Assembly: GCF_006345805.1 (NCBI RefSeq)
Contig: NC_043013.1
Location: 20,088,001 to 20,152,000, forward strand
Direction: 5' to 3'
Length of the DNA: 64,000 bases
Origin: Octopus sinensis
Taxonomy: Eukaryota
The position numbers and the translations under genes are program-made. Under the pieces are notes generated by a model, which made no database searches, had not been told where the DNA came from, and worked only from the letters and a program-made list of their open reading frames with translations. Shown here piece by piece: positions 39,085-51,400 of this stretch (positions within the stretch are counted from its first letter, which is position 1; each line of letters starts with the position of its first letter).

Positions 39085-39749
39085 TATATACATACATATA
39101 TATACATATTTAAAGTAGGAAGAAATGCTGTTAAGTATCTTATCCAGTGTGATAACAACTGAGCCACCTCGCTGCCTTATCTGTTGAAAATAAGGATTTC
39201 AAATTTTGGTACAAGTCCAGCGGGTTTGGGAGAGGGGGTAAGTCGGTTATATCGACTGTTACTTGTTTTATCAACTCCAAAAGGATAAAAAGCAAAGTCA
39301 ACCTTAGCAGAATTTGAACTCAGAACACCAAAACTGAAAATTCTGTTTAGCATTTTGCCTATTGTGCCAATGATTCTGCTGATAGATTGGCCATCGAACA
39401 TTGGATTATATAACTAAAAGTTCATTAGCTTCGGAGACTCTTGTAATTAGTTAAGTACCTGTTACCGGTATCTTAATAGCTATTGTGATATAGAAGTTAC
39501 TTCAGTTACTGAAATTGCCAGAAGTGCTCAGCAAAACGGACAACTTAGCACTTGTAGAGATGTTAAATTCATCAACTCTTCTGAGTGATTGTCATCTTAG
39601 AGCTGATGTGGCAAGAATAAAAGAAACGATGAGCAAAAATAAATTTAAGATAGGTTAGATTCGAGGTTAGAGGTCATGAGCAGAATTTAAAGTGTCTAAC
39701 ACAGGTAGGAACTTCTGCTGAGATTCTGAAAGTCATACTAAATCAGTGA
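37973..39749 (+). mobile_element. Ty1/copia RT-RNaseH relic interrupted by SINEs
   Basis: MYVDDF...KKFKVGTHASGTF (37973), FDATYASLEDGSA*NGFITF (38401), KSSLASETL (39416), HLRADVARIKE, CLTQVGTSAEILKVIL* (to 39749). Confidence 0.8.
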
Positions 39750-40395
39750 GTGTGATGCAAGCATTGCTGTGTGGTTATGAAGCTATCTTCTCAACCATGT
39801 TGCTTTGGGTTCCGTCTCATTTGGTGCCTTGCGCAAGCGTCCTCTACTGCAGCCTCAATCTGCTTAAAGCCTTTTGAGTGGATTCGGTTGGTGGAAACTA
39901 AAAGAAACCCCTTGTATATGTATATCTGTACCTGTGTCCCCTTGATATCGTGGGATAGTTATAAATGATATTTATTAGAAAACAGAGGCAGTGTCAATAC
40001 TGAGAGGTATTTATATTAAAAAAATAATTAATTGGGATAAATATTATATCTAATTATAAACAGGTACCACTGTCATATAATCAGTGTCATTTCATTTCCA
40101 GTCCTCTCAGTAAAGCATGACTGGCTTTGGGGAAATATTATTACCTAGCTTGGAAACACTTTAGAGTTGGCAACAGAAAGGGCAGCCAACTGTAAAAAAT
40201 TTACCTCAACAAATTCCATCTGACCCATGCAAGCATGTAAAAGTGGACGTTGAATGATGATCATATATATATATATATATGATTTAGAGATAGGATAAAA
40301 TCTTTATAAGAATTTATCAAGTAGTTAGTGTGAAAAACCTCATAAGAGAAAAATTTGCCAATTTTTCTCTTAAATATATTTATCTATATTATATA

Positions 40396-40544
40396 GAGGG
40401 CATTACTATACATAAATGCCACACAGTAAGAGGGACTCTTAAAGTCAAAACTACCAAAATAAATAAACATTTATTTATTTTGGTAGTTTTGACTTTAAGA
40501 GTCCCTCCTAGCATGTGGCATTTATGTATAGTAATGCTGCCCTC
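40396..40544. repeat. Near-perfect palindrome (72-bp arms, 2-nt centre), GAGGGCATTA family
   Basis: Arms 40396-40467 and 40470-40544; shares arms and a ~125-bp tail with 47070-47385. Confidence 0.9.
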
Positions 40545-40549
40545 TATAT

Positions 40550-40605
<56 letters not shown>

Positions 40606-40750
40606 TTATATATAGAGGGCATTATACATACATGCCAGAAGGCATTATACATACATGCCACACGCTAAGAGGGACAATTAGTCATTTCTACCAAAAATAT
40701 TACTAATCCCACCGAATGCAATTTTTCAAAGTAAGACATTTAAAAAGTAT

Positions 40751-40798
40751 AGACCTGTATCACAGTGATTTCATACTTACGTATTCATCAGCAGGCCT
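40751..40798 (-). ncRNA. Type I hammerhead ribozyme (left arm, minus strand)
   Basis: Exact reverse complement of 41252-41299. Confidence 0.85.
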
Positions 40799-41251
40799 GA
40801 ATGTATCATAAATAAACGACCCTGCCCCGCTTAAGCCGATCAGCTAACTGATCAACATCAACGAAGCACATGGGTGAGTTTACATATATTACATCCTGTA
40901 AATGGCATACTTTTACGAATTGCATTTCGGGAAAGGAATAATGTATGTATAATGCCCTCTATATATAAATTAATATGTTCAATAAGAAATAATTATTTTC
41001 GAAATTTATTCTCTTATGAGGTTTTCACGCTATCTACCTGACAATTTCTTGTTAAGTTTTCCTTATTAAGTAGTTGTCCTTAATTGCTAAATTTTTATTC
41101 CGAAAAAACTTTTCCTTTCCCGAAATGCAATTCGTAAAAGTATGCCATTTACAGGATGTAATATATGTAAACTCACCCATGTGCTTCGTTGATGTTGATC
41201 AGTTAGCTGATCGGCTTAAGCGGGGCAGGGTCGTTTATTTATGATACATTC

Positions 41252-41299
41252 AGGCCTGCTGATGAATACGTAAGTATGAAATCACTGTGATACAGGTCT
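41252..41299 (+). ncRNA. Type I hammerhead ribozyme (right arm)
   Basis: AGGCCTG-CTGATGA-ATAC-gtaa-GTAT-GAAA-TCA-ctg-TGA-TA-CAGGTCT: 7-bp stem I, 4-bp stem II, stem III; predicted cleavage after AUA at 41292. Confidence 0.85.
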
Positions 41300-44200
41300 A
41301 TATTTTTTAAATGTCTTACTTTGAAAAATTGCATTCGGTGGGATTAGTAATATTTTTGGTAGAAATGACTAATTGTCCCTCTTAGCATGTGGCATGTATG
41401 TATAATGCCCTCTGGCATGTATGTATAATGCCCTCTATATATAAATTAATATGTTCAATAAGAAATAATTATTTTCGAAATTTATTCTCTTATGAGGTTT
41501 TCACGCTATCTACCTGACAATTTCTTGTTAAGTTTTCCTTATTAAGTAGTTGTCCTTAATTGCTATATATATATACATATAGAGTAAAAATAATAGAAAT
41601 CCTTGGATGGAATTTATAAATATTTTTATGTATTGCTACAGATCACATGTTTTTTGTTCCCATACTTTGCATTCCTGGGATGGAACAAGGCATTGAAAGC
41701 TGATCTTAAAATGCTGAATTTTACAAAGCAGATAACAGAGGACTGAGATATGAGGTGCATTGCTGTACTTGAGAAGACCTACACACCTCAACAGAATTGA
41801 GATTCCAAAACGAAAGGGCCACATAAAAAGTACCCAGGGAACTCTGTTGAGTGGTTTACATTAAGAAGGACATCCATTCGCACAAACCATGTTAAAATAT
41901 ATAATGGAGCCTGGTGCAGCGCCTGGCCTTGTCAGTTTCTGTCAAGCCATCTAACCCATGTGAGAATGGAAGACATGATGATGATGCTGATATTGCCACC
42001 ATCTTTCAATGTTTACTTTTCGAAGCTTGTATGCGCCAGATGAAGATTTATTGAGGTAGATTTTCTTTCTATGGCTGGATGCATTTCCTACCACTAATCC
42101 TTACCTGTTTCCAAGAAAGGTAATATTTCCCCCTATTCTTCACAGACATTAACAACCTCGCTTTTATTATGAAGTACATTTGCAACCATCACATGATGTC
42201 TAGACAAGGGTACATACATACACATAACACGTGTGTTTGTGTGTGTACACACATACTCATCACTCACACATGCACGCAAACACACACATGCACGCAAACA
42301 CACACACACACACATCCACTCATGTGAAGATGGAAGGCTTTTGTTTTTGTTTTTTTTAAATCATCAGTTATCGACAAACAACTCTGCTGCAGTTTTGATT
42401 TTTCTTTTATTAAGAATTCTTCTTATTTTCCTAACCAGACCGTTTTCTGCTCCACTAAGAATCACTGCAACAATAAATTGATAAAACTAAAACAAACATG
42501 AATCAATAATAGTTATTGATATACAAATAATTGAGCAGGCCAAAGGTGAATGTTACACAAATGTTACACAATCCAATAAATACAACAGAATTAAGATGAA
42601 TGAAAACAAATTAACCACTTGTACGAAGTTTAAAATATCAAGAACTAAGGGAGCTAATCAAATTGGGCCAATGTCATAGTTTTGGGTAATTAAGTTAAAC
42701 ATTGTAGTGGGCATGCAATAGTAGTGTTGCAAATACAAACATACAGATTGATTCAAATGTTTGGTCTATATTTGATCTGTATAAAGGGTGTTTTCACTGC
42801 TAATTTGCCACGGAAAACCGTTCTTGCTTTATGTACAAGGTGTTGAAAAGCACCAACGGTCATTTCAAGGCATTGTTTTGTGAAAGTGGTGACTGCTGCA
42901 TTTCTAACTCCTTGCCTGTTATCAGCACGATTTACTGCAAGGGAGACAACTCTGAGAACTTGGAAACGTTTGTTTCCTTATAGCAAAGCAGCATCAAAAC
43001 ATGAGCTGATCACATGCAATGCCAGCCCCAGCTAAACTAAAATATTGCAGTGGGCACACAAAAGTAGTGCTGCAATTAAACAAGCATTTAACTCAAATCT
43101 AATTAAATGTCGATGTAATGAATGCTGTGTGCAAGACATTGCTACTGAATTGAAATTTGCCTCTTAGTTTGAGAAAGAAATCAAAAATCCTAATGCCAGT
43201 TGGTAGTGAATGATGAGAGAATTTCAAGATATTACAAATTAATTCTCAAAATTAATTCAGATCCTTAGGGAAGAGACCCACAAGTCCTGGGTTTCTTTTG
43301 CTGCTACCCCAAGGATCACATTGTACTATTGTTATCACCCTATTATTTTGGTCTTGTTGCCTTTAATACCTTACTTGGAATATTGAATTCCTCTATCTCT
43401 TACCCTTATATGGCAATTCCCTGTTATCACTATCATTCATGCCTCTGTCTTTTATCTTTTACTTTGAGAAGACCTACACACCACAACAGAATTGAGATCC
43501 CAAAACGAAAGGGCCACATAAAAAGTACCCAGGGAACTCTCTTAAGTGGTTAACGTTAAGAAGGACATCCAGTCGTAGAAACCATGCTAAAATATATAAT
43601 GAAGTCATTCGACTGTAGCCATCCTGGGGCAAAGTCTTGAAGGATCTTTAGCTAAACAAATCAACCCCATTTCTTTTTTTTTAAAGCCTGGGACTTATTC
43701 TATCAATCTCTCTTGCTGAACTGCTAAGTTACAGAGATGTAAACATATGAACACCAGTTGTCAAACGGTGGCTGGGGGACAAACACAAACACAAAGACAC
43801 ACACACAGATATACATATACATGAATGTGACAGGCTTTTTCCAGTTTCTGTCCACCAAATACACTTGCTCGAGGTGCCACGTAGAGACTGAACCCTCAGC
43901 TATGTGGTTGGCAAGCAAACTTCTTATCCCACAGCCAAGCCTACATCTATCATTCATGTTTTTATCACTTCTGCCTCTCCCGCTGAAAGAGGTTGGCAAA
44001 TAAGCAGAGGTATGCATTGCTGTGAGGTTCCTTTAGTTATGTCAAGCTATGGCTACCTCTTGAGTAGTGATGACAGCCACTAAAACACATGCCCAGTACA
44101 CTCTATAAAGTATAAGATTGTGACAACCCTTTTGTCTTGTTGAGGACATGTCACCACTTTAGAACAGGTGCTGCAGGACAGGAATTGAGTAAGCTCTGTA

Positions 44201-45172
44201 AAGTTATTGGTGGAAGCTTTAGAAACAAGCCAGAAATGAAACACCCATGATGTGATCCTCTGATTCATCTAACCCATGCCAGCATGGAAAGCCAATGTAA
44301 AATGATGATGATAAACAATGTCCTTATATGGAAGAGTTCTTGTAACCATTTAAAAGCAAAATCTATTACATTTCCTACATGCAATTATTCTAAGATGTCA
44401 AAAAATTGTCTCATTTCTGTAACCTGGTCAGTGACAACAATTCTACCGAATATGTTGAAAGTAAATTACTGATAAGTTTTTATAAACCATTGGCAGGCTG
44501 GCGCTGGTTCTTTCCTCCATTCTTTCCTTGTATTTAGCTCCATCCCTGTGGGTCCATATATTGTTGAAGCTTCAACTTCTCCAAACTTGGATTTTTGTCA
44601 CTCCATTTTCAATTCTTTGTTTTTACTTGCTGTTCGTATTTTATTATTTATTTATTATATGTTTGTTTAATTCATTATCGTTATTCCTTTTTTTTTTCCA
44701 TAAATACTATTGATTATTACTAGTTTTTCCACTCCTCCTGGGGCCTAGTTTTCAAAGTTTGGAGACATCGTTTTAGCTATGTCTCAGACTATTTTTGAAA
44801 TATCTACTTTTAGTATAAATGTGCTTATATTACACTCTGGCTAAGTTTTTGCTGTTCTGATAAAGAAAAGAATAAGAAATAAGAAATAAAAGAAATAAGA
44901 AATAAGAAATAAAAGATGAATTAAAAATAAAAAGATAAAGCAAAATATTTCACATACTCATAAATATTTGTATATATGTGTATATGTATATTTCTATATC
45001 TGTATATATATATGTGTATGCCTGTGTGTACAGACAGATATACTTACAGGACAATGAGATGTTAATAAAATGAACTGTGTCTGCATGTATTTTGTGTGTC
45101 TGGGTATAAACTGATATGGGAAAATATTTGTATGTTTGTGAAGATTTCATATACATACATATATACATACAA

Positions 45173-45179
<7 letters not shown>

Positions 45180-45209
<30 letters not shown>

Positions 45210-45252
45210 CATACATATACATACATATATACATACATACATATATATACAC

Positions 45253-45299
<47 letters not shown>

Positions 45300-45907
45300 C
45301 ACACACACACACTTTTGAAGCCAAGAAAACAATTCTGAAATTGTTCAGGGCTGTCAAGTTTTGTGTATTATACTTGTCGAACATTTAAATAACTTTTCAT
45401 ATGAACTGCTACGACATATCTCTGTTTTCGTTTTTGTTAGTTTCTCCCTTGATAAGGAAAAAGAAGGGACTGTGTTGAGAGAAGTAAAAAAAAAAAAAAA
45501 GAATGATTAGATGGATAGGAAGAGTCTGACAGAGTGGGAATGAAAGACAGAAGAGGTGAGAAAATAAAATAGGCAGCAGTCACCCAATAATCAGACTACC
45601 AGACAGTAAAATACAGTGGTGAGAGACAAAAGAGTGAAAGAGAAAGCGGTATTGTAAGTAAGAAATGGGAAGAGTAACATCTAAAGACTGGCAATAAAGA
45701 AGGGTAATTAGAGAGGTGACATGACAAAATAACAGAAATATAATGAATGAAAGCAGTACTGAGAGTTTCATATATAATTATATATGTATCCTTATATATA
45801 TATAGAGAGAGAGAACAAAGTGTACATACACCGCTGTATATATATATATATATATATATACACATACATACATATACATACATATATACATACATACATA
45901 TATACAC

Positions 45908-45954
<47 letters not shown>

Positions 45955-46485
45955 CACACACACACACTTTTGAAGCCAAGAAAACAATTCTGAAATTGTT
46001 CAGGGCTGTCAAGTTTTGTGTATTATACTTGTCGAACATTTAAATAACTTTTCATATGAACTGCTACGACATATCTCTGTTTTCGTTTTTGTTAGTTTCT
46101 CCCTTGATAAGGAAAAAGAAGGGACTGTGTTGAGAGAAGTAAAAAAAAAAAAAAGAATGATTAGATGGATAGGAAGAGTCTGACAGAGTGGGAATGAAAG
46201 ACAGAAGAGGTGAGAAAATAAAATAGGCAGCAGTCACCCAATAATCAGACTACCAGACAGTAAAATACAGTGGTGAGAGACAAAAGAGTGAAAGAGAAAG
46301 CGGTATTGTAAGTAAGAAATGGGAAGAGTAACATCTAAAGACTGGCAATAAAGAAGGGTAATTAGAGAGGTGACATGACAAAATAACAGAAATATAATGA
46401 ATGAAAGCAGTACTGAGAGTTTCATATATAATTATATATGTATCCTTATATATATAGAGAGAGAGAACAAAGTGTACATACACCG

Positions 46486-46500
<15 letters not shown>
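45180..46500. repeat. Tandem duplication, ~655-bp unit, two copies
   Basis: acttttgaagcc at 45311 and 45966; the copies appear to differ only in homopolymer and microsatellite length. Confidence 0.95.
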
Positions 46501-46517
<17 letters not shown>

Positions 46518-46521
<4 letters not shown>

Positions 46522-46663
46522 AAATACAAAATGGGACAAGAACGCAAAACATCTGGACAACTAGGTGATACAAAAAGCGACAACAAAACATCCAATGTTT
46601 TGTTGTCCCTTTTTGTATCACCTAGTTGTCTGGATGTTTTGCGTTCCTATTTTGTATTTTATT
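46518..46663. repeat. Near-perfect palindrome (~70-bp arms, 3-nt loop)
   Basis: Arms 46518-46591 and 46595-46663; one 5-bp indel and a few substitutions; (TA)n on both sides. Confidence 0.9.
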
Positions 46664-46735
46664 TTATATATGTATATGTGTGTGTGTGAGTGTATACTTA
46701 TATATATATATGTATACTTATATATTTATGCATAC

Positions 46736-46779
<44 letters not shown>

Positions 46780-47069
46780 TATATATTATATATATATATA
46801 TATATATGTATATGCCAGAAGGCTGCACCAGGTTCCAGTCTGATCTGGCAGTGTTTCTACAGCTGGATGCCCTTCCTAACACCAACCACTCCATGAGTGT
46901 AGTGGGTGCTTTTTACGTGCCGCCAGCACAGGTACTAGGGTAGGCTGACAACGGCCACGATCGGTTGGTGCTTTTTACGTGCCACCGGCACGGAAGCCAG
47001 TCAAGGTGGTGCTGGCATCGGCCACGTATGGATGGTGCATATATATATATATTATATATATATTATATA

Positions 47070-47385
47070 GAGGGCATTACTATATATAAATGCCACATGC
47101 TGGAAGGACTCTTAAAGTCAAAATTACCAAAATAAATAAACACAGAATTCTGTTTTTAAATGACTTGCTTCAAGAGTTGCATTCAGTACGGTGTATTTAT
47201 TTATTTTGGTAGTTTTGACTTTAAGAGTCCCTCCTAGCGTGTGGCATTTATGTATGGTAATGCCCTCTGTATAATATAAATAAATATATTAAGTGAAAAA
47301 ATTGGTGGAATTTTTTCTATTATGAGATTTTTCACGCTAACTACTTGATAAATTCTTATAAAGATTTTATCCTATTTTTAAATTA
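47070..47385 (+). repeat. GAGGGCATTA-family fold-back with ~55-bp spacer and tail
   Basis: Arms 47070-47140 and 47196-47267; spacer homologous to ~41305-41345; tail 47268-47385. Confidence 0.85.
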
Positions 47386-47387
47386 TC

Positions 47388-47422
<35 letters not shown>

Positions 47423-47699
47423 ATTACTGTGTGTAGTATTTATGTGTAGATGTATTTTAAAGAGAGGTTATTAATTTGTGAGTATTTACAGCACTCAGTA
47501 CATGGATGTGCATCCATAATTTTGAAAACATTTCCATTTTATACAGTTTTGATATTATTCTGTAGAAACAATAATTTTACATTCTCAGTTCATGATTCCT
47601 TGAGCATTAAACAAAGAAGCAAAAAACAACAATAACCAGAACAAATTCTGCACCGTACCATTTTCTCCGTTCCACCCATACCTTTTCCCACTCACCTAC

Positions 47700-47935
47700 C
47701 TTCCCCTCCGCCTCTTTCCCCCACTCCCACTTTTCCCTCCTCTACGATCACCTGCCTTCCCTCCACCCCTTTCCCCCACTCCCACCTTCCCCTCCTTTAC
47801 GATCACCTGCCTTCCCACCACCCCTTCCCCCCACTCCCACCGTCCCCTCCTTTACGATCACCTGCCTTCCCTCCACCCCTTTCCCCCCACCTTCCCCTCC
47901 TTTACGATCACCTGCCTTCCCTCCACCTCTTTCCT
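47700..47935. repeat. C-rich minisatellite, ~55-bp unit x4
   Basis: tacgatcacctgccttccc at 47743, 47798, 47853, 47903. Confidence 0.92.
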
Positions 47936-49993
47936 CAACCACTTACCTTCTATCCTCGATTTACCCTTCCTAATTGGCACCCCTAATTCTCTGGAACTTG
48001 CCATCTCTCTCCTCAATTCATCATCCCTCCTGTCTCCCTAACCCTTCTGCCCAAGCCCAAGCCCACCCCCACCCCTCACACCACTGCTACCCCATATTTA
48101 CAGCCCAATGAGAATTCTTTGCAAATACATTATTCTTGGTAATATTATTCTGTTCAGGAATTCTCTTACTTGTCTCCAGAGAGCTGTAATCACTATTTAC
48201 AGTGAAGATGTGCTCTTGAAATGAGCAACTTCTCTGCAGATCCTGCTGACGTTTATTGCTCTTTTACGATAACAACGACAACAGCAATAACAACAGCAGC
48301 AGCACTGTCCCCAACCGATAATTAAACCTTTTACCCATTCCTATCAATACCATTGTTCCACAAAAATATTCTTCGTACTTCATACTGTTTCCATCACATT
48401 TTACATTGCTTCAAGCTTAGCATCTGTTGATTCTGCTGTTATGGCTGTTGTTGTTGTGATTGTTACTGTTGCTGTCATTATTGTGATTGCTGTTACTACT
48501 ACTACTACTGCTGCTGATGCTGTTGTAACACTGCTAGGCCAGATCTATAGACTAAGAGGGAGGGCGTGGCAAGGCAAGGTTTGATTAAATGAAAACTTTC
48601 AGTCTGGTCTCCTATTTCATTAACCTCTGTGATTTGACAATTCTAAACATGTGGACACTACATTAAACATATGTATCAAATTTGAGTTATCAATTGACTG
48701 CTATATCTAGCAGCCCATTGCTCCGTGTGGTCAATGTTTTGTAGACCCTAAGGAACAACATGTAGAAACAAGACTATTTAGGAGGGAAAGAGAGATAACT
48801 ATGCACAATCACAGCCCCTGGCTCATGTGGTCCCTATAAAGACACGTAGCATAGTCCTGAATAAGGCTTGGTCAAATCGACCCTGCAGATATAACCTAAA
48901 CAAAAAATTATATCATGCTGGTATGGGTCAGATGGTTTAACCAGAACTAGCCAGCTGGAGAGTTGCGCCAGGCTCCAGTCATCTGTTTTGTTTTGGTTTC
49001 TATGGCTGAATGCCCTTCCTAATGTCAACCACTCTACAGAGTGTACTGGGTGCTTCTTATGTGTTACCAGCATGGGCGCCTTTTATGTGTCACCAGCATG
49101 GGTGCCTTTTACATGTCACTGGCACAGGTGCCGTTTTTATGTGTCACCAGCATGGATCCCTTTTATTTGTCACCGGTACTAGCAACAACCATGATTCACT
49201 TAGCTTGATGTATCTTCTCAAGCGCAATAAATCACCAGAACTCTCAGTCACTTATCATTGCTTCCATGAGGCTCAACTGAACATCATATTTCACCACCTC
49301 GTCCCACATCTTCCTGGGTCTACCCCTTCCACAAGTTCCCTCCTCAATTAGAGATTGGCACTTTTTCACACAGCTGTTCTCATCCATACACATCCTGTGG
49401 CCATACCTGTGCAGTCTTGTACACTATGTCTGATGCCTCTTATACCCAATTTTTCAGTGCTGTGTCTTGCCTAAGATGTAAACTTGTCCCCATGTGTAAC
49501 AATAACAGTATGTTGTTAATATATTTATATAGAATAAGGCAGCAAGCTGGCACAACTGTTAGCACACTGGGCAAAATGCTTAGCAGCATTTCGTCTGTGT
49601 TATATACTGAGTTCGAGTTCCACTGAGGTCGACTTTGCCTTTCATCCTTTTGGGGTTGTTAAAAATGAGTCATAGTTGAGCACTGGGGTCGATGTAATCG
49701 GCTATCCCCTCCACCCCAAGTTTCAGGCTTTGTGCCTATAGTATAAAGGATTGCTGGCAGGATCGTCAGCATGAGAGACAAAATGCTCAGCGGCATTTTG
49801 CCTGTTTGCACATTCTGAGTTCAAATTCTACCAAGGTTGACTTTGCCTTTTATCCTTTAGGGGTCAATAAATTAAGTACCAGTTGAACACTGGGGTTGAT
49901 GTAATCGACTAGTCCCCTGCCCCCAAATTTCAAGCCATTTGCCTTTAGTAGAAAGGATTATTTTTATTATCATCATTATTATTATTATTATTA

Positions 49994-50027
<34 letters not shown>

Positions 50028-50870
50028 GCAAAATGCTTAGTGGTGTTTAGTCTGTCTTTACATTCTGAGTTCAAATTCCACTGAGGATGTCTTTGACTTT
50101 CATCCTTTCAGGGTCTGTAAAACAAGTCTCAGTTGAGTACTGGGGTCGATGCAATCAACTTGCACCTTCCCCCAAAATTGCTGGCCTTGTGCCACAATAT
50201 GAAATCAATATATTTATATAGAGTGGTATATCTTGTATAACATCTAACTCCATCCCTTATATAATGCTGATGGTATTGTGTGTTAATGTATCGATATGGA
50301 GTGGTGTGTCTTGTCTGAGGTTTAACTTTTACGTAACACCAACGGCGTTACATTACTCTATGCTAATAAAATTGATTATTAGTGATTTCTAATCAAACCA
50401 ACTCCAAACCTTCCTCCCTGCCACCCCACACTCCCACCAAAAAATAAACAAATAAAAACAACAGTATGCAGTGATTGGTCTTTTATTTCTCTTATTATCC
50501 TCATCCGATGTTACCAATTCCAATATTTCCTCTAATAAAGTAACCAATTAACAAGCAGCTTCTATGACTGACACATAACAAGGTTTTATAGTCTTAATCT
50601 GTTGAAATAAATGGGTGAAGAGCGGAGATGATGGCGTGGGTAATGCGGCCTTTGACCTTCAGACAACGATCTTTTTTTTGTTTTTTTTTTGTTTTTTTTC
50701 CACTTTAATGATAATTTTCCAAGACAATCAAAACCAAAATCTCGGCGCTCTCAACTGTTTTTATCTTGTCAAAGCTCTTTTAATGAATTTTGCTAGCCTT
50801 CACTTTTAATTGCATCGGAAAACATCAAAGTTCTGTTTTGTTATTAATTTTTTATTAAATATTTTAGCTT

Positions 50871-50912
<42 letters not shown>

Positions 50913-51169
50913 TATTATTATCATTATTATTATTACAAGCCATGGTAATACATTGTTGTTATTATTATTATTATTATGTGTTTTAAATTTCATATTTTAT
51001 TAGAATTAAAGCATGCCTTTTTCTCATTCATTATTTTGTTTCTCTATATCGTCGTGGGTTGGAAAGGTCTGCAAACATTTGAGTAAGTCTTTGTCCTTCC
51101 GTACTTTGTTGAAGCAGTAGGTGTGGGAAAGCTACCAGATCTAGGGGTTTAGATCCTATCTTTAAGGTT

Positions 51170-51400
51170 GTCTAGCTATTTCTGTGTAAATCCATACATT
51201 CTAGATCAGCCCTCAGTACATCTAGCTTCTGACATGAATGGGAGACCACATCCTCTTGGAATGTTATCTACAATAAACCAGTGCCTCATCCAGGAGAAGA
51301 TGTATCTCTCATCAGCTTCCCATAGATTGGTTATCACAGTGATCGCCATTTCTTATTTGGAGGTGGTTGGCCATGTTGTCGGTTATGATGACAGGTCTAC
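51170..51400 (-). mobile_element. Decayed RTE C-terminal fragment
   Basis: Minus strand gives LDVLRADLECMDL and LKDRI, resembling the RTE C-terminal WxDxxRxDL...DRxxW motif. Confidence 0.4.

Larger units (their letters stand above)
40604..41446. repeat. Long inverted repeat (~335-bp arms, 3 mismatches seen)
   Basis: 40604-40938 is the reverse complement of 41112-41446; spacer 40941-41089 is a direct copy of 41417-41565. Confidence 0.95.

Noticed and set aside
42439-42520. Possible terminal exon after a strong polypyrimidine acceptor (TVFCSTKNHCNNK...)
   Set aside because: Too short, with no supporting upstream exons.
50590-50830. Unique CpG-containing stretch that might be an enhancer
   Set aside because: Only short generic motifs; cannot be supported without conservation or chromatin data.
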